NCBI RefSeq assembly: GCF_006345805.1
Contig: NW_021833664.1
Span: 1-54,871 of the forward strand
DNA from: Octopus sinensis
Taxonomy: Eukaryota
Direction: 5' to 3'
DNA: 54,871 nt
In this document: positions 33,745 through 48,913 of the stretch, one piece after another
Numbering within the stretch: position 1 is the first letter of the stretch
How the letters are laid out: every line of letters begins with the position of its first letter
The notes under the pieces: generated by a model
Database searches by the model: none
Told to the model about the DNA's origin: nothing
Seen by the model: the letters and a program-made list of their open reading frames with translations, nothing else
Made by a program: the position numbers and the translations under genes

Positions 33745-35176
33745 ATGTCAAAGTTGACACAAATTAAAGAAAAATTAAATAGTCCAGATTATTCAGAAAA
33801 TGGTGATTCTAACATTAATTACTACTTAAATAGAAATATTCAATCTAACAGCCCCAAGCGAGTGCTTCGAGAAATATAATCCAAATATATTAAACATGCA
33901 AATTAAATGGAATAATAAACCTCAAAAGCAGACAAGAGAATTGACGTATATTAAAGAGTCGTCACAACTATGGATGAAGAAGCTGTTGAAAAGAATAAAC
34001 AGTCTTTGCATCGACTTCAATTTTACATTGTGCAAAAAACGTCCAGAACAAGAAAGAAGAAAGATTTCACTTTATTGGAAAGAAATGAGTAGCATTCGCC
34101 AACAGAAAAAAGATCTCAGGCCAATTTATAACAGCAACGACTTACTAAATTTGATTACAGAAATGAGGAATCCAAACCTAAAGGCGGATTGTGGCTCTGA
34201 CCATTCCCTTCCAGCTCTTCTTCAACTACGTCTAAAATGGCTTTCATTTGTTGATGTAAAGAACAGATTTGCAACATTGCTTGATGCCATTATTAACAAA
34301 GAACAAGCAGAAAATGTTTTTGAGGTTTTAGACTCACAGGAAGTCAAAGGCGCGTTAGAAATCTGTAAAACTGGTTGCCCTCCTGGAAACCGTGGTTCCC
34401 TCTGGAAATTAGCAGTTGGTCTGGACGAGCAGAGAAACAATCAGAATTATTACCAGTACATGAAAGATTTGTATCTTGAATATGAAATGATGATCGATTC
34501 AATAATTGAAGAGGATATTGCAGGGACAGTAACAAATGACGATCAGTACTTTGTTTTTGAAGAATTTATCTACCAAATCCTCCTGCCTTTCACAAGAGAT
34601 CCTCACGTGAGAGAGACCATGAGATCTTTGAATGATGATCGACTGTTAGTACTCAACCAAAAAGAGTTGGTTATGTATCCACCAAATGGATACGTTCCAT
34701 ATTTGGGTTTCAGTTACTTAGTTGCTCCATTTTGTTACCTCTATACAAATATTGAAGACATTTATTTTGTTTTTCGGGAATTTTTTGAGCGTCATTTTAT
34801 ATTTTTGACAACAATATCATCACATGAAGAGTCTATTCTATCACTTTGCGTTCAATTTGAACAACTTTTAATTGAACGAGAACCATACTTGTGTTTTCAT
34901 ATGAAAAAAATTGGGATTTATCCGTTAACCATCGCGTTCAAGTGGATCGTGAACGGATTCTCGGGATTTTTGGCTAATGAGGAACTACTTTGCTTATGGG
35001 ATTGGATCATTGGGCAATCGAGTTTGCTCGTCATTCCAATATTGGCTGTTTCTATTTTTTCATTTCGACAAGCAAGTGTGGTAAATGTAAATACTGTACA
35101 AGACATCCAAAACATTTTTGCTGACATTTCAAATATTAGAGTGGTTGCTCTAATGATACATTTTTTTATTTTATAG
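33745..35176 (+). CDS. TBC1D19: TBC1D19, duplicate copy (3 amino acid differences)
   Basis: Same structure at offset 32453; differences are E/D, D/E and N/K. Confidence 0.9.
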
Positions 35177-36279
35177 TTTATTTTTATATTTAAAGACAAT
35201 TTTTGAATTTATTCAAATCCTAAGGTAATCCGTCGAGACTTCCTGTGTTTTTGGGGCCAAGACGCTTGCTCATCTTAAGAAACTTGGCCGCCTGTGCACC
35301 TACCGCTCCAGAGATCCGAAGGAATTTATATTCCTTATTCAGAGGATCTCGCTGGCTGTTTTACGCGGGAATTGTCTTTCAATCCTGCGAGACAGTACAT
35401 AATGGCTAGATTTTTTTAACGATCTCTCTTTTTTAAAAAAAATTAACATTTGCAGATTATTAAAAGACGGATTGTTTGTCGAATCGGAAATGAGTATTGG
35501 TTTGAAATTATGAATCACCAAGAACTACTAAATGGAGTTTTAAATAAAGAATTTTCTATCCACTTTATATAGTTTAACTATAGTATTTTGTGTTTTACAC
35601 TAATATGTTTGATGCAAAGTTTATATTAGCTATAAATAAACGTTGTTAAGAATATTTTTAAGAATAAAACTCAGAATTTTGAACAATTTTTTTGACACAA
35701 TTTTGAGCAGTTTGGCGATCCGCCAGGCTGCTTCCTTTCGATTAATCGATATTAATTAATAACGAATCTTATTAAATATATAGATTATTGTTAATTTTAA
35801 TAAAATCGATAAAGAAATTCATTAAATTTTATTATTTGATATCAAAATCATGTTATCGATCTAATTTGTTCAGACATTTTTTCCTAGTGAAGCATTTTGG
35901 GTAACATCTACGAATTTGTAAAGGAGGAATAATAAACACGGAAAACATTTCAGTAGCGCCCAATAGCCCCTAATTATTGTGTATCAAAGTATGCAATTCA
36001 GGGCTTTTCGTAGGTTTTCAGGTTGTCTGCTAATTATTAAAAACTTCTCTCAATGTAAATTCGGAAAAGCATCATTCTTGAAATCTTTACAAAATTGTCA
36101 GATTTGTTTAAACAAGTAGTTAGTTATGCCAAAATTTAATTTTTATTAATCAAAATATTGGAAAATAAATTTAATTATTTTTTTTACATATTTATGATTA
36201 TATTTTTATAACATATTATCATAAATAAAATAAATAACGAAAGAACTTGTTGTTGTTTATATTTTTGCTGGCTACAAAT

Positions 36280-38661
36280 ATGGATTCTGAAACATTGAAT
36301 TTAAAAAATGCCGAAATGTACATAACCCGTGCATACTCACACTGCTACAAGGACACAACTGAAGGACTCTATTCTGCTTTTTCCTATTTTTTAGAAGCAG
36401 TCAAATTAGTTCCAAAGAATGCTCAAATTTTCTTAAAATTTGGAGATTTTTTCCAATATTTCATGAACGATTCAAACCGTGCTTATTCTTGCTATGAAAG
36501 AGCCTACATTCTCGATTCCTTAGTACCAGAAATTGCCATTGCCTACCACGGAAGTAGCTTCGATTTACTAAACAAAGATTCAAGTCAAAAATACCTTCAA
36601 AATTTCATTCGAAGTGATCTTTCTCCTGAAATGATCCCCGCACTCCGCAGACTGGCAATATTTTACATGTGCAATGGGGAATACTCCCAGTCTCTGCGGA
36701 TTTGTGACCTAGCAATCGACATTGACAAAGATTGTTTCATTTTTGTAATGTTGAGAACAGAACTGATTCGACTCAGTGGAATGAGTCTGACTTTTAACCA
36801 CAAATCTTTTCTCGAAAAGTCTCAAGACATTCCCCAATGGAGGCTTTTAGTTAAACTGATTATTACAATCTCTTCCCTCAAAAGCGGAGACTTTGAAGAG
36901 ATCGCCTCAACCCTCGAAGAATTGCTGAATTCAACCAACGAAGAATCGGAAGATTTGATGATTTTTAAAGTCCTTTATGCTGAAGTTATGTGCTATTTGG
37001 GAGACGATTTGTTATCAGAAAATCGTTTTTTGGAAGCTTTTGACATTTATACAATTGCTTTCGACAGTCTCCGTGGTTTTTTATCCCAGGAAAGCAGAGA
37101 TCAGAAAATAGTTCTGTTTTTGTTTGGTTATTCTGCGTTTCGTCTTTGTCAGTTATGTTTCCATCCCGATTCTCCTCCTGGCCATGAAACCCTTCAGACA
37201 TACGTCAAGTTGAGTATTTGGGCCTTTGGTCATTTGGCCATCATGACCAGGCTGTGTTCTGCGTTTTATAACTGTGCTTTGGCTGCCTCATTTCTTTGGA
37301 GAATTAATGGAAATGAGAGTGCCCGTGATTTGTCCGTGGGTTGTGCAGTCTCCTCTGTTTGTGAGAGTGGTGGGAGTTCTGATTCGTGGCTTCTTTTTGG
37401 GACTGTTGCTTACTTTTTCAAGGATTACGTTCTCGCAGAAAAATCATTTTTCAAATCAATTGATGCTTCTCAACACAACGAACGTGCATTTGTCAATTTG
37501 GCTGTACTTTATTACACATGTGAGGATTATGAGCACTCCTTTCGTGTTATTGAAATGTCCAAGAATGTTTCATTTTCTCGGGATAGTGAAATTATGCTAA
37601 AAATTCTTCTAATGAAAGCGGGCACTTCAGATCATTGGGAAATTTTTGATGGAATTGACAAGCATTTGATGGTAGCTATTAATGGCTTCAATCCATCAAT
37701 TTTTACCTATCGATTTTTTGCTGTGCACGTGGCGACAAAATTGTGTTCGATATCATGTTTTCAGAATGGAAAAAAATATATTCCGTCCTGTAATATCACT
37801 AAGGATTCATCTCCAGAGGATCAAGTCACTAAGGCCATTGAAGGTCTTTTTTATTATTTGGAGGCTCGACCCAACGATGCAATGGCTCAGTCTCTGCTTG
37901 GGTCATTCATGAATTTATTGGATTTCAAAACATCAGATGATCGGCATAAAATTGCTTTACAGCTCATCTCAGAAAAGAACGACGTATTTTCTCTCATCCC
38001 CGAACAACTATCCAGCCTTGATTGTGCGGTTATATTTAACGCAATGAGAAGCCTTGTTGATGTCAGAATGACTGGAGAATATATTTCTTCTTTGGTCTCA
38101 TATCCGGGCACTAATCAATGCGAATTATTAAACGGATTTATTGGCTTGTACAACATTGGGGAGTACACTTCTGCACTGAATATATTAAATTTACTTCACC
38201 GTGATCCTTTCAGTTTTAGATTGCAGGGAATTACTATTTTTAAATGTGGGAGACCAAATGATGCCCTTGACTATTTGCTGAAGGTCAAATGTCCAGAATT
38301 AGTATTTGATATTTTCTATTTGTCCTTTCTACTGAAAAATCAAGACTCTGCATATCATGCATTCAAAATCATTTCTGCCAAAAAAAGTCTTGAAGCTCTG
38401 TTTGTGAAAAGTTTATGGAAGTTCATGTCAGGAGACAGGTCCCCCATTTGTAATCTGGGTAATATACAACTTCGTTCTTTTTATAAAATGGGGAAGAATG
38501 ATTTTATTCAGTATTATCTGGCACTATTATCCAATGAAGTGAGAATTGCAGACCTACCCATTTTTCGACGTATGGTTGGTCAGTGTGAAATTCCACCGAT
38601 GTGCTTGCCTCCACAGCTCTTGCAAGCTTTTCAGAAACATTATTACTTGTCTCCGCCTTAG
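36280..38661 (+). CDS. SKIC3: SKI3/TTC37-like TPR protein, duplicate copy
   Basis: The translation in the ORF track appears identical to copy 1. Confidence 0.62.
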   Translation: MDSETLNLKNAEMYITRAYSHCYKDTTEGLYSAFSYFLEAVKLVPKNAQIFLKFGDFFQYFMNDSNRAYSCYERAYILDSLVPEIAIAYHGSSFDLLNKDSSQKYLQNFIRSDLSPEMIPALRRLAIFYMCNGEYSQSLRICDLAIDIDKDCFIFVMLRTELIRLSGMSLTFNHKSFLEKSQDIPQWRLLVKLIITISSLKSGDFEEIASTLEELLNSTNEESEDLMIFKVLYAEVMCYLGDDLLSENRFLEAFDIYTIAFDSLRGFLSQESRDQKIVLFLFGYSAFRLCQLCFHPDSPPGHETLQTYVKLSIWAFGHLAIMTRLCSAFYNCALAASFLWRINGNESARDLSVGCAVSSVCESGGSSDSWLLFGTVAYFFKDYVLAEKSFFKSIDASQHNERAFVNLAVLYYTCEDYEHSFRVIEMSKNVSFSRDSEIMLKILLMKAGTSDHWEIFDGIDKHLMVAINGFNPSIFTYRFFAVHVATKLCSISCFQNGKKYIPSCNITKDSSPEDQVTKAIEGLFYYLEARPNDAMAQSLLGSFMNLLDFKTSDDRHKIALQLISEKNDVFSLIPEQLSSLDCAVIFNAMRSLVDVRMTGEYISSLVSYPGTNQCELLNGFIGLYNIGEYTSALNILNLLHRDPFSFRLQGITIFKCGRPNDALDYLLKVKCPELVFDIFYLSFLLKNQDSAYHAFKIISAKKSLEALFVKSLWKFMSGDRSPICNLGNIQLRSFYKMGKNDFIQYYLALLSNEVRIADLPIFRRMVGQCEIPPMCLPPQLLQAFQKHYYLSPP

Positions 38662-38733
38662 TTCTTATTTTTACCGTTACTGAAATTTTTCTTTGTTTTA
38701 TTATATATGGCTTCTTTTTAATAAAGGCGTATT

Positions 38734-39195
38734 TATTACGATAATAAATACGCAATACAATTAGCTAATTAATTGTAATTTACTAGAAGTTAATAAAGCC
38801 ATCCATCCGAAGTGGACCCCGCCAACATAATTGACGTTGCGTTGCCTCTCACGATAGCAACGGAGATCAACTGGAGAAGCCACCGGGTCTCACGTGTGTC
38901 GTGGCTTTTTAATGTGACTAAGCGTCCAAGGTTCTTTAGGAAGTGAAGCGATTTCCCACTTATTCCTCCAGTTGTCTCGACCACAATCGGACAGAACACA
39001 AATCGGTCTCGCAGCGCTTCATATTTTCTCTTCTTTGCCCTCATCGTTGTTTCCGCGCCATACAGTGTGTCCACTGCGCTCCCGGCAATGTTGGACGGGT
39101 AGAGTGTGTCTACACAGGTTGCGTCCCAGACTAGGGGTTTCCCCTCTTTAAATAGGAAAATTGTGATCCCATCAGGACGTTTGCGTCCCTGTCTT
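38734..39195 (-). mobile_element. Same CRE insertion in copy 2
   Basis: Offset 32453; identical ORF translation. Confidence 0.88.
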
Positions 39196-42100
39196 GGCGT
39201 ATTAAAACTTCATCCCCATGTTCAATTTCGTCGTACTTCAATCTTCAATTTTTTCGCCTGATTTCACAATATTTTTGAAGGCAATTCTTCGTTTTTTTTC
39301 CCCCTCCAAATTCTTTCAAAGCGAAGTAAAATAGCCTTCAAAATCTAATAGTGCTTGCAATTTTTTTTTTCATATTTTTTTAGAAAGATCCAAATTAAAA
39401 AAATTCCAATGGTCTTTGCTTTCTTGTATCGTGGATAGAATAGTTGTAATCACGAACAATGTCTCTTATCAAATGAATATAACATTCAAAATTGCCTCTC
39501 GATACACTAGAGAATGAGATCCATCGTTTTACCATCGACTTGTCCCCGTATTGTGGCCATCCAGTAACATGAGAAATATTGTATCTTTCCCAAACGGAAT
39601 GTAGAATAATCGGAGATCCAATTATCCAAAAAATCATATCCAGGATAACACAAATCTCATTTGCAGATTTGCTAACGGTACTTTCTACTACACTGAACTT
39701 AGAAAAAGAATCAATTAAAACAAGTATCTGTTGATTATACTCAAAAAAATAACCCAGGAATTATTTTCATTTTTGCAGAATATCGCCTAAAATCGACAAG
39801 ATCTACGATATATCGGTCTCTTGATCCATAAGCCATGATAGGTAAAATTACAGGTTTAGTCGCAAACATTCGTTTAGAGTAAACTTGTTAAACCAATGAT
39901 TAACCTGACAATAAACGCATTTAGATACCACAGTACCGACTTCACTACGTATTGCATCATAAATCGTAAGTGACAATTGTGTTGAGCCTAATTTACATCA
40001 CTAAATATCAAATTTCAATATATTTTAGCTTTAATTCAGCTTCCTCAATACAAAAGAATTCCAACTCTAAACCATTTTTAGTAATATAGCCTGCGGATTC
40101 TTTGAAAGTAAAAATTTGGACATATCGTTTGATTTTTTCTCTTTCCCTCCAGTCAATAAATTCGTGAGTAGTCCGGATTTCGTGAATTTTTTATTATTAA
40201 TAATTTTTTCCAATGAAAAGTTGTCTGCAAAAAATTTTTTTGGTATTTTAAGCATTGACATCACCGCCCTGGCGTCTTGCCGCTCTGGACTGTGACATTA
40301 AATTTTAATTCGTTCTATTAAAATAAAAAATCCAATTAATTATGTCCAGTCGAATCGGCATAGTGATTATATTCCTCAGAACATTGTCCTTTGCACCCCT
40401 CACTACGCTTTAGAATTGACAATGCCTTTGTAAACCCGTCTTAATTCATCTACATGGAGAATTTCCGATACCGAACTATGGAATCTTGACTTTTTCACAG
40501 AAAACAACTTCGTGCCCTAAATGGCGTACTCAGAAAATCAATAACTCATTCTCTACAGGCTCAGCAACTCAGCGCAAATCACCCGTGACATTATAAACGG
40601 CTGCTGGAGTCTATTTGGGCACATCCTAAGAATGGACTCAACTGCACCTGCCTACAAGACCATGGAAGAATACTTCCTGTCAGATGGACCAAAATTTCGT
40701 GGACAACGCCGAATAACTCTGCCGGCCGTCTTGTAACAAGACCTAACTTGAACGGGGAAAACCCTAAACAACTGCGATGACCTGAAAGAACTGTGCAGGC
40801 AGAGCCAAAACCGCGGAGAGTGGAAACAATGGTTAAAAAGATCGTATCGTGTGTGTGACGTGTAGGAATATGACTTATTCTGTTCATGTTCTAATGGGAA
40901 GTGTTATAATAATTTTGAAGGAAACCAAAGCTCAATTTCTGACAGAAAAGTGTTATTTTTATTCTGATCTTAAAAATTGTTTTTCGTAAAAAATGAATAT
41001 TGTGGGTTTTGAAAGAAGATAGTAAAAAATATAAACGCGCACGGGTTAATCAGTTCTCAGAAATAAATGTAAACAAAAAATTAAAAACATATATAGGTAA
41101 AAATCAATAAACTCAATTTTATAACATCATAATAGTACTTATGAACGTGGGAATTGCATCAAAAGAACTCCTTAAGTCAGTAAATGTAAAAAAACTGCAC
41201 AAGTACGGTTTAGTTTTTGGAAAAATGCGCAGATCCACAATGAAAAAGTCAGATATCTTTATTTTATTTACATTGAATGTGACCGGCTTGGCCGAGATAG
41301 ACTTAGTAGTTTTTTTATTTAACCCAAGAATCACCAACAGTTAATTAGGGTAAATACTTAGGTGATTTCAACAATCCTCAAGATCAGCGGTTTTCAAATG
41401 CGGCCCCGAGGATTTTTTGCGGCCCCTCTAGAGTAACTAACTTTTTTAATTTTTACCAAAGACAAAGTAATTTTCGATGAACTTTACGATGAAAGATGGA
41501 TTGCCGATTTGGTTTTTTATGTTAATTTAACCACGCATTTGTCGGATCTCAATGTTGAATTACAAGGAAAACTCAAACTCTGTTATCAGTTATATGAATA
41601 TATTTCTTCGTTTATCGAAAAATTATATTTATGGATGACTTCACTTAAAGGCGGAGATACATCTCATTTTTATTCACTATCTGAAAACAACGAAGGCGCT
41701 GCTTATGAAAAATACATATCCATAATTGGTGATTTAATTAATCAATTTGAAGCACGTTTTGGGGTACATTTATATAAATTTAATTTTTAGAATTTTAAAG
41801 AATTCCTTCCTTAATGAAAATATTCGCAACTCCATTCGTCCTTCCTTTTGGCGATCTGTTTTTGTTGGTTTGTTTTGTTGTCTATCTGTTTTTTAGAAGT
41901 CATTAAAACCATTAAAAATAGATTTCAAATTGGACTTAGAAAAAAGTAAGATACTTTTTATATAGACGTAATTGATATTAATGAGATTTTGATGCAGTCC
42001 ATTAATATGCCGAATTCATTAATGAGCCGGTGAAATGAATAATGTGATGAACAATATCCAGTCAATTCTACAAACGAGAAAAAATAAGAAAGTATGGCAA

Positions 42101-42348
42101 TTAAACACAGGAATGGCTTGAAATAGAAAATTATGACGATCAAGTTGTCGCGACAATGAATAATCTTATCACTAAACAAGAACTACAAATGTTAGTTGAT
42201 TTACCTAAAAAGTCATAATCCTTCATGAAGAAAAAACGAAAAACTACGAAAAATGACTAATACCGAATGATCACTATAATTCTACAATTTAAAGATGTAG
42301 TCTCTTTAAGTATAAATACTTGTCAAATTATAACATAGAAAAAGTACA

Positions 42349-43793
42349 TCAGTGCGGAGACTGGAAAAAAAATAAGGAATGTCCAGAAGACAGTGCAAAA
42401 CAATCCTCATGTGGATGCCATGCACAATTCAGAATTTTTGACTCAACTTTAAATTCGTCAAAGGCATCCTCCCTTTTCTTCCGGAATGGGAAATTTATGG
42501 TTTTTACCGGCCTAATTAAAACGGGACGTCCACGGGGTGGATTTCCGTTTATATTCGTCTGGTAAACATGGTCTTTATTATTTCGCCTGTCAAATATACG
42601 GAAGTAATTATTGTAAGAACCCGTCAGCACAAATCTGAATAAAAAATGCACATTTTATCAACCTGTCATTGTGGCTGCTCACGACTTGGAACTTGTCATA
42701 AATCGAATCATTTTGATAAAGAAAATTCAACTTGCCCTTCAAATTATCACTCACTCGGAAGGTCTCCACTGGCCGACTTTCCATGGAAAGGTCCCAAATT
42801 TTGATGGAGAGATAATCCCGGGAAATCACAAACTTCCCACATCTACTAAACTTGATGTCCGATATGGTCCCCGTTATCTCGTCGTAGATCGAACTCGTCC
42901 TTAGTGAAGGATTATCTCCAAATACTACAAACTTCAAAGCAAAAAAGCCACGTTTAGAATGATGGTCGCAAAGCGCGTTTTGTCTCATGTCACATAAACG
43001 AATCAGTCCTTTGGTACTTCCGTAGATAAAAGAATGTGAGAAGAAATGGTGGAATTGAGCACATGTTATCACTTCCGACACATTTTCTGAATATTGCGGC
43101 TTCTTGTCCACCACATCTAAATATTTCGTCATTGTGGACTACTCAAAGCTCGATTGGGATATTCAATGTTCCAAATATTTATTCTCAGGTCATCTCCCGA
43201 TAGAAATGTCTCCATGTCACAATTCGGACTGAGAGAATTTATTTGGAACATATGAGCCCCCACATATGACCTCTTTGGACTATTCTCCACGACCCTCTCC
43301 CCCAAAGTGACCTTCGGAAACCGCATACACCCCCCTTGAGGCCCATCGTGATCAATATCAAACAATTTGACATTTTTTTCACTCATTTTCCATAATTTAA
43401 TACATTTGTCTGTTTATATGAACAGTTGGAGATAACCGTTGGTGGACAATAAAAAACGTGAGTGATTCGGTTGTGGTAGCCAACAAATCGTGACTATTTT
43501 GGGGTCAATCACCACACTTTTGAGGCAATCAAATTCATTAATATGACTCTGGAAGCCACTGTAGAGCGAATATTGGACATCTCCTGACTAAAAGAATTCG
43601 ATTATTCAAATTAATAACGTTTGCCTCATTAAAGACAACGATTTGTCCTCGTTTGTTTCCCACAGCCAGCATATCTCCATTCTTACTGTATTCCAGGGTA
43701 GTGATTTGATCGCCTGGAATTTGATTAATATGGGATACTCTCACAGCTGCTATCGTCCCTCAGTTCATTTATTTGGGAAAGATACCAATTCAT
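42349..43793 (-). CDS. PPP2R2: PP2A B55, duplicate copy
   Basis: Offset 32451; identical ORF translations. Confidence 0.95.
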
Positions 43794-46700
43794 CAAATCT
43801 ACTAAAATCCAGGATTAGATAATCCAAAATAACTAAATATGTTATTTATTTAAAATTTAAATAAAAAGGTTAACTATGATTTATATATAATCAGAATCCT
43901 ACCACACCTAAAAGTATATATCTTACGCGAATTTATTATACTGAAAAATTGTAAATAATTTATTATTAAAAAAATAAGTTTTTTCAAGTTTCTATGCAAA
44001 TTTTAGTAAAAAGATAATTGAACTTATAAACCGATAGCATGGTACGTTTTATGTATTTATCAAACCACTTGTTTTCAATTCTGGTAGATATTATTAAAAA
44101 AATTAAATAACTGTTAAATCCTAATTAGAATTTTTAATTTAGTAAATATTAAATGTGGAGGTTTCAATATGTCATTATTTCGAGTCAAGTCGGCAATTAA
44201 GGTGTCAACCTGTCACATATAATGTGGTTTAAAGCGTGATTGATAAATTTGTACTATATTTCTCACAATTTTAATAAGAAACTCTTATTGGATTAAAATA
44301 AACGTTTTTAAATGTAGATTTTTAGAACCAAAGTCGATCACATAAACAACCCCTGTATTTTGTTTTTAAATTTCTTTTCTCAAATTTGATGGCTTTACAG
44401 TCGGTTGGTTTTTCTTTCACTCTAGAGCAGGGGTGTCAAACTCATTTCGCTTTGAGGGCCGCATTTTGTAACAATTTTGCTTCGAGGGCCGCATTTATAA
44501 TAATTTCTCATTAAGGGAAGATTAGTTCTGATATTTATTATGATGAATAACCAAAATAAGAAAAACTAAAATTTAGTTTTAGTTAATAATTTAGTTACTA
44601 AATTATTCAATTATCGCTTTTTAATTTTGGTGAGAGTTGCTTCCAGAGGATTAACAACTTTTTAAGTTTTTAAACTTTCCAGGAAGATATGAAAAGAAAG
44701 CAGGTATTCTAACCTCCAAATATTTAGCTTTAAGTATAGAATCTGAGTGGATTAGTTCCATTTGTAAACTTTCATCTGCATTAGAAACATTAAAAGAGAA
44801 TGGTGATGCGAATAGTGAAAATTGTTGTTCAAAAGACGAAAAATCATTAAATCTTTCTTGAAATTCCTTTAACACCGATTCCATTTTTAATATCTTTGAG
44901 CACAAATATTGCTGATGAATGAAAATGAGCAAATGATGACCCGGGATAGACCTCATCAAGCGAGTCCCCTCTTGGTCTTCCAGGCTTCAGTATCGGCCTT
45001 ATTAAGGCCTGTTTCCATAAACCCGGAATTACGTTGTTGTTAATAGAATGGTTGAAGATTGCTGTTAGAAATCTGACACCTTCGACGCCGAGGTTTTTTA
45101 ATAGGATCACCGGGATTTTGTCCGGGCTGTGAGAGTAAAAAGGTTTTGTTGAGTGCAAGGTATCTTCCACCTCCTTTACCGAGAGGAGGAGCGGTTCAGC
45201 CCGTTTTTTTAGGCTTCTGTTGGAGGGGAGTGAGTCGGATTTCCTGTGATCTTTATGTGCATTTTTCGCATAGAAATTCATGAGGTTGTTCACGTCTTTT
45301 TTATCAAAATCTTCGAAAGGTTCGGGAGCGTCCCCCATGACCACGTGCCGAATGGCTTTCCACACTTCACCCGTTGAACGATTGCGGTTCACGGTAGAAA
45401 GAATTCGATTCCATTTCAAATAGGTGTGTCTGAGTTCATTGGACTTCAGTTCCTTGTTTAAGTGTCGGATGCGGGTAATTATGTCAGAAGACATCCGGTT
45501 TGACCTTTTGAGGCGATTTCTCTCCTTGGCCAGACCGGATATCCTTCGACTACAAGCAGCGAGAGGTGGACGTTTAGGAATAGCCATTGCTCTTGCTTCC
45601 AGAATGATCTTCGAGAAGAAGCCAATGGCTTTGCCGAGAAAGCTAAAGTTGCAAAGTCTAGAGCGAGTCGGCCTTTTCTGGAGCGACAGTAAGCATCCCG
45701 ACGGGATGCCGACTCTTTCCTTTCAGGTAAGGCAACTCTCGGGTTTGGGACGCCTGCGTCGACTCTTTCGGCGACGATGCTACAAGGTAACCATCCCGTG
45801 GTTGCTAAATGTCGACTGTAAATCTATCATAATGCCTGTCACAGTGATTGTCAAAATTAATTTCATTGATTTATAATCAATAACTGTTTCAAACTATAAA
45901 GAATTCATTAAAATTCGGCGTTTATGTTTTTTTTATTTCCCCGAACTTAAAACTCTAACATATCAATTATTCACTAAACATACTTTATTTCTAATTGAAA
46001 AATCGTATTTCGATTGATGAACGTTTATTTTTTTATTCATCCGTTTAAAATACGGTGAATTTAAATTCGATGGAGATTTATTTTTAACTGCTTTACAGAT
46101 GGCATACTTACTGTAAACATCAATGACGATGAATATCCATTTGTAGCCATCATTTGGATCATTAAATATTTTAAAGTCTATATTATAGACTCTATAAGGT
46201 CTGGTTGAAATCGTTCATTTGGTCTTTTGACTATCACATGGAATGAAGGTCGGAAACCTGCATTAATTTTGTACTTTAAGTGGAATAGAAAACTTCAAAT
46301 TGAGCATTCTTTGACAAATCGTTCTATAACTTTTCGCTTTATTGTAAAAATAAAAGTGTAAACATTCCTTTTGGAGTTTACAAATTCCAGAAAGGCTATT
46401 TCGATGAATAGAATCTGCAATAGTTTGCATTTTATTCTCATTATTCATGAAAATGACTAGTTTGTGCTTTTAAAATCTTTTGTCTTTGAGGTATAAGCAG
46501 TCATCAATAACAATAACTTTGTTAGATTTTTAGTTATATATTTTATTTGCTCTGAGGATGTCTATACAGGTTCTCCATTTAAAATACTCAGGATAGATTG
46601 AGCTATTGATATTTTGAGATATTTTTCACAAAACCTATTATTGTATTTACAGGGAAAAACATTTTAATGAGGACACTTGAAAATTCTGAATCGATGGGCA

Positions 46701-47570
46701 CACTCATCCATCTCGCAGGGCTGGCCTCTTTTCTGGTCGTTCTCAAGTTCGACTCAATGGTTTTACTCGGAAAAGGTTCCTCAGTTGTTCTATTTGTAAA
46801 CCGAGTCCTGCGCGATCATTCCAAACTTATGTTCTGCACGCATACTTTCCAATGTTTTCAGAATAACTTAAGCTCGTCTGGGTTCTTTGAGATTAACTGA
46901 GCCGGAATGATGTTTATAGAATTTACTCACATTATCGTCCCATATTAGTATCAATGTTACTGTCGTTATTATGGTTTTATGGATTAGTTCCAATTAATTG
47001 GCAAGTAGGTCATACTTATGGCGTTTTTCCACCTCAACTTGTTTCAGGCCTTTTTGAGAAGTGATCCGATCTCTATGATTGTAATTTTGTTCTTCATTTT
47101 GTCAAGTAAGAGATGCCCGGTTCGTTACTTTTGACTTTCGTGAGAAGTATCGGTTCACTTTTATGGAAAGTGGATACAAGTCCTCTCCCGTGTTGGCCAC
47201 TTGGAAAGTAGAGTCTTTTTTTGTTTGCAAGTTTCAGATGAATTCGATGGTGTACGCGGATATTGCGTACATTTTTGTCAATTTGTTAAAATTCGGGCTG
47301 TTCAATATCGACGAGCCCAGTTTTGACCTTTTTTCCAATCTGGCGGTTATGCAAATATTTATAGGTCATGCATAAAAATAAGTGATTTGTCGTATATGTG
47401 ATACAACATGATCTTGGGATATAAAAAATAATTTTCAAAAAATATAAATTTTTGAAAATAAAGACTTTAGATCTTAAAAATAATTTTATGAAACGCGGCA
47501 TGCACAGAAAATTGTGAATAAGCATGATCATAAACATCCCAGACTGTATTATTAGTTCAGTATAAATTTT

Positions 47571-48065
47571 AATAATATTAGTTAAAAACAGTTACAGAAT
47601 ATCATCTATGACTTAATCGGTGCCAACTATATAAGAGTGTCGAAACATTTTTTAATTATCTGGATATCTTTTGATAAAAGTCAGAAAAACGTCAATTTAT
47701 AAGCTTGTTTAAAGATTTCTTATACAAACCTCTCGAATCCGCTTGTTTTAGTCTAAAATTTTGAATTTCCTATGGAAGATTTTTGAGATGAAAAATTTTT
47801 GACTCAACTTCAATCAGTACTTGATTTTATTTAATGACTAAAATTAGGAAAAAGTAATGAGGAGGATTATGTTGAAAAAAGTTGAGCTATTGGAAGCTTT
47901 CAGAGCACTAGAGACCATTAAAACTTACATTTCTCAAATCAAAAATTCAAATATTGAGGATCACGAAAATATTATGAAAATTGGCGAACTTCTTAGAAAA
48001 TTAAACAAAAAAGATAAAATCTACGATTTCTTTGAAAAAAATAATTCTATTATATTTATTATTTA
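47571..48065 (+). mobile_element. Tigger/pogo-like transposase C-terminal remnant (shorter in copy 1, about 15107-15230)
   Basis: LEAFRALETIKTYISQ...KIYDFFEK resembles the C-terminal tail of Tigger/CENP-B proteins. Confidence 0.5.
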
Positions 48066-48913
48066 TATAAATGAAATTTTAAAGATTTTATAGATTTTAA
48101 AGATCTTAACTTTTAATTAGAATTAATTATTTAAAATTTAAATTGTCTCTCGAATCCGCCGATTTTTGAACATACCATTACTTTTGAATACACTTTCTTT
48201 GTAACATTTGATTGCAGAAATCAGCAAAACTTTATTTTTGTTTTCAATATTTTCTAGCGAATCATTTTCAATCACATGTAGCCTGAAGGCGATCTCATTT
48301 GTGGTTTTTGACATCAAATATTCTATTTCTTCATTGTTATTTTCCAAAGTTTTATCTTGAGAATTTTTACACGTTTGCATTTTTTGATTGCATTATTTCT
48401 GCAAGTTTATAAAAAAATCCAGTTTCTATTTTTTGGATGTTTCATGAATTGTATGAGAAGTGAGTTTTTATTTCTTGTCAGTTTTTATTTCTCCATATAA
48501 TTGCTACAATCCGAATCAATGCCGTTTTTCGAATTTATGAGGGAACTATTCAAATTTTAAAATCATGGAGCTGTATATCATTTACAAATACACTTGACCC
48601 TCGAAAATTGGCTTAGAATTTTGTGATCAATTTGAAAAATGAAATAAATAATTAAAAAAACAATGAGCAAATAATTTTTTAAATGGCCTAAATTAATCAA
48701 AAAAGTATTTAAGTTTTATTAAAATGAAATTGATTCCTAATTGTTTTTTTTATTTCTTTCAATAATACTCGCTTTGTACTTTCTTATTAAAAAACTTAGG
48801 AAGTTTCATGTTCATTCTCAACATTGGCTAAGAGTGTCTTCTCTATTCCAGTTAATCTAGTTGCAATATTTATTTTGCCCAAATACTTTGTTTTCTGAGA
48901 TTTTTGTTTACTA